Shown here: piece by piece, positions 1-10,635 of the stretch
How positions within the stretch are numbered: position 1 is the stretch's first letter
Layout: each line of letters begins with the position of its first letter
Program-made: the position numbers and the translations under genes
The notes under the pieces: model-generated
Databases searched by the model: none
What the model was told of the DNA's origin: nothing
The model's input: the letters and a program-made list of their open reading frames with translations, nothing else
NCBI GenBank assembly: GCA_002269645.1
Contig: NIVC01002206.1
Location: forward strand, 128,518 to 192,517
Length of the DNA: 64,000 bases
DNA from: Macrostomum lignano
Lineage: Eukaryota
Direction: 5' to 3'

Positions 1-112
1 AAATTTAAGCTAAAAATAGCATTCAGCTTGAATTTTTATCGATTTTTCTCGCATGTATAAACTGTCTATGGCCAAATTCGATGCAGTAAATGAGAGGGGC
101 TGCCTCAGAAAA

Positions 113-289
113 CTAAGACTGCAGTTGCTGTGCTGAGTCCATAACAGTCGCGATCAATTGGAGAGCGAGGTTAGGAGGGTCCTGCTGCACCAGATTCCGA
201 GAAATCTGTACGCAGACGCCATTGACAAGATGCGAGACCGATGGGAGAAGTGCGTCATGTCTGGTGTTGACTACGTTTAGAAGACAACT
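113..289 (-). CDS. Possible second exon of the USP24-like gene
   Basis: Phase-0 acceptor TGGCAG|AGT; ..QQDPPNLALQLIATVMD resembles USP24 KQDPIP..LL.VL.MAF, but spacing is imperfect and the frame ends in TAG with no strong donor. Confidence 0.3.
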   Translation of the reverse strand, partial: SCLLNVVNTRHDALLPSVSHLVNGVCVQISRNLVQQDPPNLALQLIATVMDSAQQLQS

Positions 290-794
290 CTGCCAACCGA
301 TGAGTGATTTTAACGTTGTTCGCTTGTATAACAATTTTGCTTGTTATCACCTGTTATCACCTGTTTTTTACTGTACTTTTGTTGTGTTGTTTGGATTTTC
401 TTGGAGTGATTAATAAAAGTTTTCTGCAGACACAGCTTGTGTAAGTCTATGACTGACCTTTCTCTACTTAATTATCCATATCTCTTGAAGCACATATTCA
501 AATCTCTTGCAATTGGTGTCATTTTAAAGAAGAGACTTGCCGCTTTCAAATGACACCAAACTCATGCAAGTGCAACTTTCCATACGTCCACACCGAGTAA
601 TAGTAACACTACTTTCCGGATGCCCCTCGTATTTAGCATACCTGGTATGTTCGTTTAGTATTTTGAGTCACTTAGTTTAATTAAGTTTCACTTTAAAAAT
701 AGCATCTAGAATCAGATTATCGACTTTTCAAGGACCTCCTACCAGCAAGATACACTACGTATCAAAACGAATCTCACATCTGAGTCTCCCTTAC

Positions 795-1328
795 CTGAGA
801 ACTATTGAGCAGTTTTTGAAAACACTCTGGCAATGCGCGATTAATAAACCGAGTAGCATTCTCCTCGGCCTCAAGCAGCTGATCCCTAGCCAATCTGGTG
901 CAGGCCTGCATGCACACGCAAAGCGATTCGTGCTGCTTGAACGGTATGCTCCATTTCTCTGTGAAAGTTCGGCCCTCCAGCTCTAATAGGGCGGCCAATG
1001 GGAACCCGGCGGCTGCTGCGGCCGGCTCGTCAATGTGCATCTCTTCGCCGACGCATGGCGACGCGCCGGGGTCTCCGCCATCCACAGCCGTTGTCGACGT
1101 TACCATGGGAACGACGGCCATAGATGGCGAGGATAGATCGCATGGGAATCCAGTTGAATTATTAACATTTTCAGCTGGCCGAGTGTCATTCACCAGCACT
1201 GAGATGGCCTCGGAGACGTCATTTTTAGCGATGCGCAGAGCCTCGCGAATGTCGCCCTCATCGGGGAAGCCCATGGACAGCAGGGTGCTGACCAGACTCT
1301 CGTTAACCTCCATTTTGCTGCTGCACAC
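795..1328 (-). CDS. USP24: First coding exon of ubiquitin carboxyl-terminal hydrolase 24-like protein (N-terminal UBA domain)
   Basis: UBA motif LLSMGF..IREALRIAKNDVSEAI; segment FPLAALLELEGRTFTEKWSIPFKQHESL..CFQKLLNS matches the USP24 N-terminus as I recall it; donor CAG|GTAAGG at 795/794. Start may be 1328 or 1313. Confidence 0.8.
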
Positions 1329-1873
1329 AGGAGCCAGATAAACAATTTCTTCTTGTCTAATGCTGTCTTTTGTTTGTCTGTCTGTCTAGATGTTTATTTC
1401 TGCTCTACATCTGCGCCACAGCAAGTGCGCAGTCAGAATTCAATAGATACAATTTTATAGATATTTACAAACAATGCTAAAAAAATACATACTACTAAAT
1501 ATAGTTGATAAGTAGTATCCAGCAAACAAAATATACTAAATTTTAATTTTTTCCTAAAGAACCTATTCAAATATGCAAGTAAAGATGACCAAAAAACTAG
1601 ATGTCCAATTAGGAAATAATTGTCCCTTAACTGTGTCAAATGGTACATAAAACCAGATAAAAAGAAATTAGTCAGTTAGTTACAAAAATGGGCACAACTG
1701 AGAGTTATGGCTTGGCATTTGTTTATTGTTTGTTTTGTTTGGTGCAGTAATATGTTGATTAGCATATTTGTCATCAATGTGCTATGACTATGCCAAAAGG
1801 ATAGTTAAGAACAATGATAAATATGCCAATTAGCATAGTTATTACAATGTAGTTGGTTGAATTATAAACTTTG

Positions 1874-2095
1874 TTTAACAGAGTCAACTATTGCAATATT
1901 TGGCGGACGATAACAAAAACACGAGGGCTCAAAAGCCAGAATCAGTCGATATATATATTTTAATATTAGGCATGCACAAAGTACGTGCGTACATTACAAT
2001 CGATAAATTAAAAGGCAACTTGAGCGTGCCCCAACCCCCCAGCGCAGGCCAACCCCAAAACCGCAAATGCAAACTCTCAATATCAAGTCATCACA
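1874..2095 (-). repeat. 3' LTR (222 bp)
   Basis: Direct repeat of 6172-6393, preceded by the polypurine tract. Confidence 0.95.
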
Positions 2096-2221
2096 TCCCT
2101 TCGCACTTAAGTATGAAAGTAAGATTAACAAAAATTAACACTATTAGTAATAATTAAAAAAAATATTGAAGCGAGCAACACAACTAAGGTACTAAAATCG
2201 AGTTCATCAACAACAGTTACT

Positions 2222-5200
2222 TCAGCTGTAAGTCAGTCGCTCAGGTGCAGCGCACTTCCTCATCGAACGGCGAAGCTGCGGCATGGCGTCAGGCTCCGTC
2301 GCAGCCTCAGTAGCAACGCCGTCAGCAAAAACTTCGGATGCGCCCTTCGGCACCGCATCGCACTGCGGCACCGCTGCCGCTGGTACCGCCGGCTCGGTCG
2401 GAAGCTGACTGACCGCGGCCGGCTTGCGCACCTGGTCCACGTGCCTGTGTGCGTCTCTGCCGTCATCGAACCGGCACGTGAAGTCGGCCGCACCAGAAAT
2501 GTCCGTGACTGTCGCCGGTCTCCAGCGTCCGTCTCTCGCGAAGTCTCGCGCCAGCACCGAGTCGCCGACATTAATGCGGCGGTCGTGCGCGTGGGCATCG
2601 TGCTGCTCCTGCAGTGCCTGCTGTACGGCCACCCGGGCGGGCAGGTCAGGGCGGACTCGGTCGAGCAACGATTTCAGCCTCCGCCCCATCAGCAGCTCGC
2701 AGGGAGCCGTCCCGGTAGTCGCATGCGGCGTGACTCGGTACGTCAGGAGGAACCGGGAGACTCGCTCCTCCAGAGAGCCGCTTCGCTGCTTGGCCAGCGC
2801 ACGCTTCAGAGTCTGAACTGCTCGCTCTGCTTGGCCGTTGGACGCCGGGTGGTACGGAGCCGTGCGCACGTGCCGGATGCCTTTCTTGCTCAGGAATGTC
2901 TCCATCTCCGCGCTGACCAGCTTCGGACCGTTGTCGGAGACGATCACGTCCGGCAGACCGTGAGTTGCAAAGCTCGACCGCAGCTTCTCGATAGTCGCAG
3001 TCGACGACGTCGAAGGCATCACACGCACGTCCATCCACTTGGAGTGAGCGTCCACGACAACCAGCAACATCCGGCCCTGGACTGGCCCGGCGTAGTCAAT
3101 GTGCAGGCGCGACCACGGCTTGTCTGGCCACGCCCACGGCTGCAGTGGAAACGGACCTGGCGACTTCTGCATCTCCTGGCACTCGGTGCACGCGGCGACC
3201 AGCCGCTCGATCGCCTCTTCCAGCTTGGGCCACCAGAAAACGCTTCGAGCCAGCGCCTTCATTCTCGTGGCGCCCTGGTGCCCCTGGTGCAGGCAGTGCA
3301 GCAGCGCCTCTCGACCGGCCTCGGGAACTACGACTCGGCAGCCCCAGAGCAGACAGCCGTCTTGGGTGCTCAGCTGGTCGGCTCGCGTGCAGTACGGCTG
3401 CAGCTCAGGCGGCGGCCGCTCTGGCCAGCAGCCGGTCTCAGTGAAACGCAGAACTCGGGACAAGTCCGGGTCTGTCCGAGTCCACGTCCGGATGTGCCGA
3501 GCCGTCACCGGTCCCTCGTCCAGGAAGTCCATGAGTAGGACGACTTCAGCTGGAGTTGGCGCTTCGGCTTCTCCGGCAGCGGCAGCCGACTCAGCGCATC
3601 GGCTCGAAGCAGCGACTTGCCCGCTCGGTGGACCATGGAGTACTGGTAGCCGGCCAGGAGCAGCGCCCACCGCTGGATTCTGCCAGAAGCCAGTGCTGGT
3701 ATCGGCTTGGACTGGTGCAGCAGACCGAGCAGCGGCTTGTGGTCGCTCACCAGCTTGAAGTCTCGCCCGAACAGGTACATGTGAAATTTCTTAACTCCGT
3801 AAATGACCGCGAGCGCCTCCTTCTCGAGCTGGGAGTATCGGGTCTCTGCTTCATGTAGCGTGCGAGAGGCGAAGGCGATCGGCCTATCGACTCCGTCGAT
3901 TCGGTGGCTGATGACGGCGCCGATGCCATAAGGCGAGGCGTCGCACTCGAGCACCAGCGGCTTCTGACGGTCGAAATGCGCAAGCACCGGTGCCTGGCTG
4001 AGTAGCGACTTGCACCTGCGAAACGCCTCGTCCTGCACAGCGTCCCATCGCCAGGGGGCGCCCTTGTTCAGCAGCTGGTTCAGCGGCGCCAGTTCGGTTG
4101 ACAGATTGGGCATGAACTTGCCGTAATAATTTACCAGCCCGAGGAAGCTGCGCAGCTGCGTCTGGTCGCGGGGCGGTGGCGCGTCCTGGATCGCCCGCAC
4201 CTTGTCCTGGAGAGGGTGCAGCCCTTCGGCGTCGATTCGGTGCCCGAGGTAGCTGATGCTCTGCTGCATAAAGCTGCACTTACTCAGGCCGCACCGGAGG
4301 CCGCTCTGCTGCAGTCGCCGAAGGACCTGCTCCAGCGTCTTCAGGTGGCTGTCATCATCCACGCCGGTAACCAGCAGGTCGTCAACAAAGCAGGTGACGT
4401 GGGGAATGCCCTGCAGGAGGCAGTCCATCTGGCGCTGGAAAATGCCGACAGCGGGAGCAACTCCGAACGGCAGTCTCGTGTACCGCAGCAGCCCCTTGCT
4501 GGTGTTGATGGTGCAGAGTTCTTGCGAGGCTTCGTCCAGAGGCAGCTGCGAGTACGCTTGCGACAAGTCAAGCTTAGTGAATTTCTTTCCGCCGGCCAGT
4601 TTCGCGAAGAGCTCCTCGATTCTCGGCACCGGGTACGTGTCGGGCTCGACGTCGAGGTTCACCGTTTTTTTAAAATCAGTGCATACAGTATGCGGACCGA
4701 GCCATCTGTCTTTAAAACGGGTACGATCGGAGACGCATAGTCCGAGCTGCTCACTGGCTTCAGCACTCCCTATTCGATCTCTTTTTCGAGTTGCGCCTCG
4801 ACCTTCTCCTTCAGCGCAAGCGGGACGTTCCTGGCCTTGAAGAACCTCGGCCGCGCTGAGGCTTTCAGCTGCAGCCGAACCGCGGGCCCCGTGTACCGAC
4901 CAAGGCCCGGCTCGAAGACTTCGGCGTACTTGTCCAGCAGGCTCTTGAGTCCTGGTTGCCCTGACGGATGCTGTTGCACCTGCTTGATGTCTCGCCAGTC
5001 CAGCGGAAGTTCGGCCAGCCAGTCGCGGCCAACCAGATTCGAGCCGGCACCATCGATCACGAGCAGCGGCAGCACCTTGCTGGCGATCTCGGTCTGCGCG
5101 CGAACTCGAAGTTGGCCGAGAACGGGCACCAGCTCTCCGGAGTACGTCCGCAGCTGCGTGTTGACTCGCTCGAGTCTGGGACGCCCTCGTAGTACTTCGT

Positions 5201-6158
5201 TGTAGGTCTTCGCAGAGATGAGTGACACAGACGCCCCAGTATCGACCTCCATGCAGACTGGCGTGCCGTCGATGTCGATGGTGGTCTTAATTGGCGGAAT
5301 CTTGCCGCCTACGGCGGCGGCCATCACGTGCAGCGAGAAAGCCTCCTCATCTGCCTCCTCCGCCTGCAGCTCTTGGACGGTCGAGTCGACGCGACGATTA
5401 GAAGCTCGCTGCGGCCCCGTCGATCTCTCGTCCCACTGAGCAGGCGGCGCTGCCTTGCACGCAGCAGCGATGTGTCCGGTTTTCGAGCATGCGTAGCACT
5501 TACTATTCATGAACGGGCACTTTGCAGCCAGGTGGCGCTGGGACAGGCATCGATAGCAACGCTTCGCTGGCGGCCCGCTGGCCGCCTCCCGCCGGGCAGA
5601 ATGGTGAAGAGCGTGCACCATGTCAGAGCCGGCGCCTTTAGCCACCAGCAGGTTGCCTTGAGCGGCCGACTCGTGGGCCTGCGCCAGCGACAGCGCCGTG
5701 TCCAGTGAGAGCTCCTTCTCTGTGAAGAGCCTCCGCTGAATGGAATCATCACTGATCCCCAGGACCAGTCGGTCCCTGAGCATGCTGCTGAGGCCAACGC
5801 CGAAATTGCAGTCCCGAGCTAGCTTGCGCAGCTCAGCCAGGAACTCTGCCACCGACTCGCCTGCCTGACGGCTTCTGCTGTAGAACCTGAATCGCCGTAC
5901 AATCTCTGGTGGGGTTGGATCAAAATGCTCCTTTAGCTTAGCACAGATGGCGTCGTAGGTCGTGTCCTTCGGCAGAGCCGGTGACAGCAGGTTTGATATC
6001 AGCTGGTAGGTGTCCCTGCCACAGATGCTCAGCAGCACGGCTCGTCTCTTTTCATTGCTGATTTCATTTGCTGTGAAAAACTGTTCTAAGCGCTCCTGGT
6101 ACTGCTGCCAGGTCTCAGTGCCCTCTTCAAAGGGTCCTATTGAGCCTATAAGACTCAT
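2222..6158 (-). pseudogene. Disrupted gag-pol polyprotein
   Basis: Gag with two CCHC knuckles (CYRCLSQRHLAAKC, CYACSKTGHIAAAC), protease MEVDTGAS, RT FVDD, RNase H LECDAS, integrase HHCC and DDE core. Lesions: TAG at 4770-4772, 5-nt insertion at about 4684-4690, 1-nt frameshift near 3570. Confidence 0.9.
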
Positions 6159-6159
6159 T

Positions 6160-6170
6160 CCTCGTCGCCA
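6160..6170 (-). promoter_or_regulatory. Primer-binding site, complementary to a tRNA 3' end (tRNA-Ser(GCU)-like CCTCGTCGCCA)
   Basis: TGGCGACGAGG lies 1 nt after the 5' LTR end, just before the gag ATG at 6158. Confidence 0.75.
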
Positions 6171-6171
6171 C

Positions 6172-6393
6172 TTTAACAGAGTCAACTATTGCAATATTTG
6201 GTGGACGATAACAAAAACACGAGGGCTCAAAAGCCAGAATCAGTCGATATATATATTTTAATATTAGGCATGCACAAAGTACGTGCGTACATTACAATCG
6301 ATAAATTAAAAGGCAACTTGAGCGTGCCCCAACCCCCCAGCGCAGGCCAACCCCAAAACCGCAAATGCAAACTCTCAATATCAAGTCATCACA
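6172..6393 (-). repeat. 5' LTR (222 bp)
   Basis: Direct repeat of 1874-2095 with one substitution seen (ttggtgg vs ttggcgg); starts TGTGATG, ends TGTTAAA. Confidence 0.95.
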
Positions 6394-7107
6394 CTTTGTT
6401 AAACCAATTATTTTCCATTAGGACATAGAAAAATTTCTTAAGCAACAAAAATAATATTACTTATGATATGATAATTATTTATTATTTGAGTATTTTATAC
6501 TATAAAAGATTGGTATTTCAAAAAAAATTCAAATAATATTAATAGTTTTTGACTTGGTCTAAGATTATTGAACAAAAATACAAACTATAAAAAGCAAAAT
6601 TTCAAACATGCTATATTTATTTGATGATTTTTAAAGTAAAAATTGATATAAAAATAGCCTTGTTTTAAAATTAATTGATTAATAAAGAATAATTGATACT
6701 TATATATAATAATTGCTAATAGAAATCATTGCCAATAACTAATAGCAAACAAAACAAAGCAAAAAAATTAAATAACTTAATTAACTTTTTGACGTAAAAA
6801 CTTTTTAGACAAACAATTAAAAATATATTTAGCATTGCTATACAGACTATATTAATTATAATATGAAATTTGGTCTAATATACATTTTTGTTATATAAAT
6901 TTAATGCCAGCTTTTTTTAACTTTTTATAGATAATTGATAGATAGGCCCATACATGCACAACCTTCAAAATTCAGTCAGCTGTGCAACTTAGTTTTAACA
7001 AAAAATGTGATGTAGTTTTTGGCCAAAGATGTGACTTACATATAAAAGAAACCCTAAAGCAAAATTAATGCAACTTTGGGTAAACAGCAGGACTGACTAC
7101 AACAGGT

Positions 7108-7830
7108 TTTTCAAAAGTAACGAGAATTTTGTTATAACTTTTGATTGGATGAACGCATGAACCTGAAATTTTCGCCCAATCATTTTATACAAGCAACAAG
7201 TGACGAGTGGACAAGTAAGAATGACAAGTTTGCGCTGCTTTCACTGACTGTCCATTAGCTGACTGCAGACTTCAGGCAGAAGATGGTAACAATCTGTGCA
7301 GCACCAATCACTGGAGCTGCAACTGCGGCCAATGTTTCTAACACTCTGACGGAGGTCTTGCAAGAGTGGGGACTGATGCCCAAGCTAAGTGGCTACACTA
7401 TTGATGATGATTCCATAATGGTTGTGGCCTTCAGAGGACTTGATCTGCAGTGAGTCTCGTGTGTCATCCATTGGTTGCAAAATTGCATTTGCGATTATTT
7501 GCCTGATGGTGCAAAGGATGGTGCCTAGCGGTTTGTCTCTCGGCTGGTGATTCTCTGCAAGAAGATTGCCAGCCACTTTTGCCACTCCAAAGATTCTAAT
7601 AAAAATCAATTTAAATATAAGCAAATTTGTCAAATGCTTGTTTTAATATCTGCTATTGTGATATTTGATATTTGGTATTCATTATTTGGCTAGTTTGTAT
7701 CCAAATATTCAGTATTCGGATTTGGTAAAATCTGATAATTGTTCCATCTTTAAAAATTGTTGGGTGAAAATTTCAGGTTCATGTGTTTATCCAATCAAAA
7801 GTTGTAACAAAATTCTCATTACTTTTGAAA
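7108..7830. mobile_element. Inverted-repeat (MITE-like) element enclosing the hAT relic
   Basis: About 80-bp imperfect inverted repeats at 7108-7186 and 7751-7830. Confidence 0.55.
7196..7588 (+). pseudogene. hAT-superfamily transposase relic
   Basis: Manual translation TSDEWTS..LSLTVH*LTADF..LQEWGL..IDDDS..VSCVIHWLQ..CKKIASHFCHS shows the hAT DxWT, second Asp and CxxH motifs, with 3 in-frame stops. Confidence 0.8.
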
Positions 7831-8492
7831 TACTCATCATATGATTGTCTTATTAAGGCAAAATGCCTTATTATCTAGGGGCCTACTTAGTACTTGGATA
7901 TTTATTGGGGTGGGCATTTTTGTGACTTACCTTGGTTGGCCACCAAATTGGTCAGCCAGATTGGCCGACTGATGCGCATGTATGGATAGGCCTATCATTT
8001 TATATCAAATGGGCACTTTTGTAGATAGCAGTCTAATATAATAAAAAAATTATAAAGAATATTAATGTATAAACTCAAGATTTATAATAAAAAAAGCAAA
8101 AAATGTTAGCTATATAATGTTAGCCTAACATAAAAAAGTTTATATGTAAATGTATATCTGAAAATTTCTACCAAAATATACATTAAAATTTTCAACTACT
8201 TATTATCTACATTTATTAATTATCTTACCAAAACTTGTTATAAAAACAATAGATGAAAAGAGAAAAAATTGAAAAAGATACTGCTTACTTCTAAAAATGC
8301 TGCTTTTTATGCTTAATTTTTTTATTGATTTATTGCTAGCTATTGTTACTATTAAATAGCCTACAATAATAGACAAACTGTCTATGGTAATCTTTGAGCA
8401 AATGATACGCCTCTCTTCATTCACAGCGCCTCCCTTCATTCACAGCACCTCTTTTCATTCACAGAATGATTGAGTGAAGTGACAATTTCTTT

Positions 8493-8958
8493 AAAAATTG
8501 GGCAATGTCCTACTTTCCCACATTAAATTATTTAGACCCAATTTTTGTTATTTTCAGTGTAAATCATGGCTAGACAACCTTGAGTGCCTATAAATATCCT
8601 ACCTCCTGCCAATTTGCAGCTATTGGCTGACCTCTATGACCTTGGAATCAGTCATTGAGAATACTAATAAAGGCACCTGGGCCCACATGAAGGCAAAATT
8701 TTGTAGTCAGCATGGCACCAATGATGACCTTTTTGACTCTCATCTTAGAAAGTTTCTCTGGCACTGACTCTAGGGGCCTACCCAAAAAGAGCTTTGGCAA
8801 CTTTCTGTACTGGCTGACACATTACTACGCCATGTACTACTCTTTTTAATACCTAAGACTCATTTTAAATCTTGAATAAACTTGCTTTTGTTTGTTCATT
8901 TCAAATTTTATGTCAAAATAATAATTTAACATGGGAAACTAGGACATTGCCAAAAATT
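8493..8958. mobile_element. Probable non-autonomous DNA transposon (about 40-bp TIRs)
   Basis: aaattgggcaatgtcctactttcccacattaaattat (8495-8531) is inverted at about 8920-8958. Confidence 0.45.
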
Positions 8959-9374
8959 GTTTTAAATAAATAAAGCTTGGAAGTTCTTGGAGTGATATTT
9001 AACAATTTATTTCTAGCAATAAAAGCCTATTTAAATACAAAAACTCCATAAAATGATTGTGTTCCAAAACTATCGCACTTCTTTGTCAATATAGCTTTTA
9101 AGCAATCATGCCATCATGGAACCATAAATCTTTTTTATAAATGAGCACCTCATGCTCATATACTATTTCAGTTTCAGAAGACAATCATTTAAACAAAAAT
9201 TGCCCCAAAAATTAACCACATTCTGAAACTAGGCCTATAGCACTATAGGCCTATTTTTCTATCTCAAGAGGCCCCCCACTTGCACAGATCTAGGTAAACT
9301 TGTCAACTTTTTATTTGTCAACTGTGTTGTATAGTGTATAACTGATAGGCCTATGGAGTATAACAAAGTGTATA

Positions 9375-10635
9375 CACCTTTTTCCATTCTATTTTGGCAA
9401 ACGTGCAATCAAAGTCAAAATCTTTTCATTCAATTCAGACAGTTTATGGTAGTTCTTAGCTAGATGTGCATTCAATTCCGACAAATGTGCTTTCAAAAGC
9501 AACAATTTTCAAACAAAGCAAACAAGCTACCACAAGAAACCGACACTTTGTAATCAATTCAAACAATTTACAATCAATTCCAACAGTTGGCTATGAATTG
9601 GCTTTTTCTGTCTTCCTATCTATGGCTCATACTGCAAAATTTCTAATCAATTCCAACAAATTTCAATCTATTTAGACAAGCCATTGGAGTATATACTACA
9701 TTGCTACTTTGGATTTTTCAGGAAAGTAAGCATGAAGGCCAGTCTTCAGTTCGGTTAGAGTAACATAAGGGTTAACTTGAATCAACTCTTCAAGAAAATC
9801 CAACATCTCTTGATCCACTCTTACATGCTAACATGCTTAGGACCTTCTTTTTGCATTTTAGCTGGCCTTCCACTTTTCACAATTGTATACATAGTTGTTC
9901 GCTTGATGCCCATTGCTCAAGCAAGATGCACAAAATCGTCTCTATTTGCATGTGCATCAATGAGCCTCTGCCAATCGTTGTCACTCACTTTTGCATTCGG
10001 CATTATAAGCGTATTCTTGAGGTCTTCTTCTGTACAATATCTTCTGTACAATACAATTTGATTCAAAAAGCTACAGTAGCTCCTATATGTATGCTTCATT
10101 CTGTCAAATGAAATGGTACCTATACTTAAATTTCAAATTTTTCTCTTCATGATGTGTCTATGGCATTGAGTCATGGCTCCATCTAACCTCAACAGTTGGA
10201 AAAAACTTTTGTTCCTGTTCATTGCAAAAGTACAGAAGTATATATGCAAGGCTAGATCTATCTATGGGTGTTCTGAATCTCCAAGTTTCTTTCCATGATG
10301 TGTCTATGGCATCTAGCCCTGGTCCCAACCAAACCAAAGTAAAAAGTAGCTTGTTTAAATAGATTGAAATTTGTCGGAATTGATTGAAAATTTTGCAGTA
10401 TGAGCCATAGACAGGAGGACAGAAAAAGCCAATTCATAGCCAACTGTTGGAATTGATTGCAAAGTGTCAGTTTTTTGTGGTAGCTTGTTTGCTTTGTTTG
10501 AAAATTATTGCTTTTGAAAGCACATTTGTCAGAATTAAATGCACGTCCAGCCAAGAACTACCATAAACTATCTGAATTGAATGAAAAGATTTTGACTTTG
10601 ATTGCACATTTGCCAAAATAGAATGGAAAAAGGTG
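9375..10635 (-). mobile_element. Internally deleted IS630-Tc1-mariner element with about 300-bp TIRs
   Basis: TA TSDs (9373-9374, 10636-10637), TIRs CACCTTTTTCC..GGAAAAAGGTG (9375-9680 and 10352-10635), and a degraded N-terminal transposase HTH region MPNAKVSDNDWQRLIDAH..AMGIKRTTMYTIV..VDQEMLDFLEELIQVNPYVTLTEL at 10003 to about 9700. Confidence 0.8.

Larger units (their letters stand above)
1874..6393 (-). mobile_element. Ty3/Gypsy LTR retrotransposon (Mag-like), full length, disabled
   Basis: Two 222-bp LTRs, TSD CTTTG (1869-1873 and 6394-6398), PBS TGGCGACGAGG (6170-6160), PPT AAGTGCGAAGGGA (2108-2096), and gag-PR-RT-RNaseH-IN domain order. Confidence 0.95.

Noticed and set aside
1891-2157. 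Duplicated 80-88-aa ORFs (also 6189-6428)
   Set aside because: They are antisense readings of the two LTRs.
2441-3538. Long plus-strand ORFs antisense to pol or GC-rich hemicentin exons (e.g. 30565-31533, 42358-42816)
   Set aside because: These are shadow ORFs caused by GC-rich codon usage on the opposite strand, with no recognisable domains.
4770-4775. TAG-GGA stop resembling gammaretroviral programmed readthrough
   Set aside because: It lies after protease, inside the RT N-terminus at a position normally Q/E before the conserved G-V, not at the gag end. The downstream pol is broken anyway, so a point mutation is simpler.
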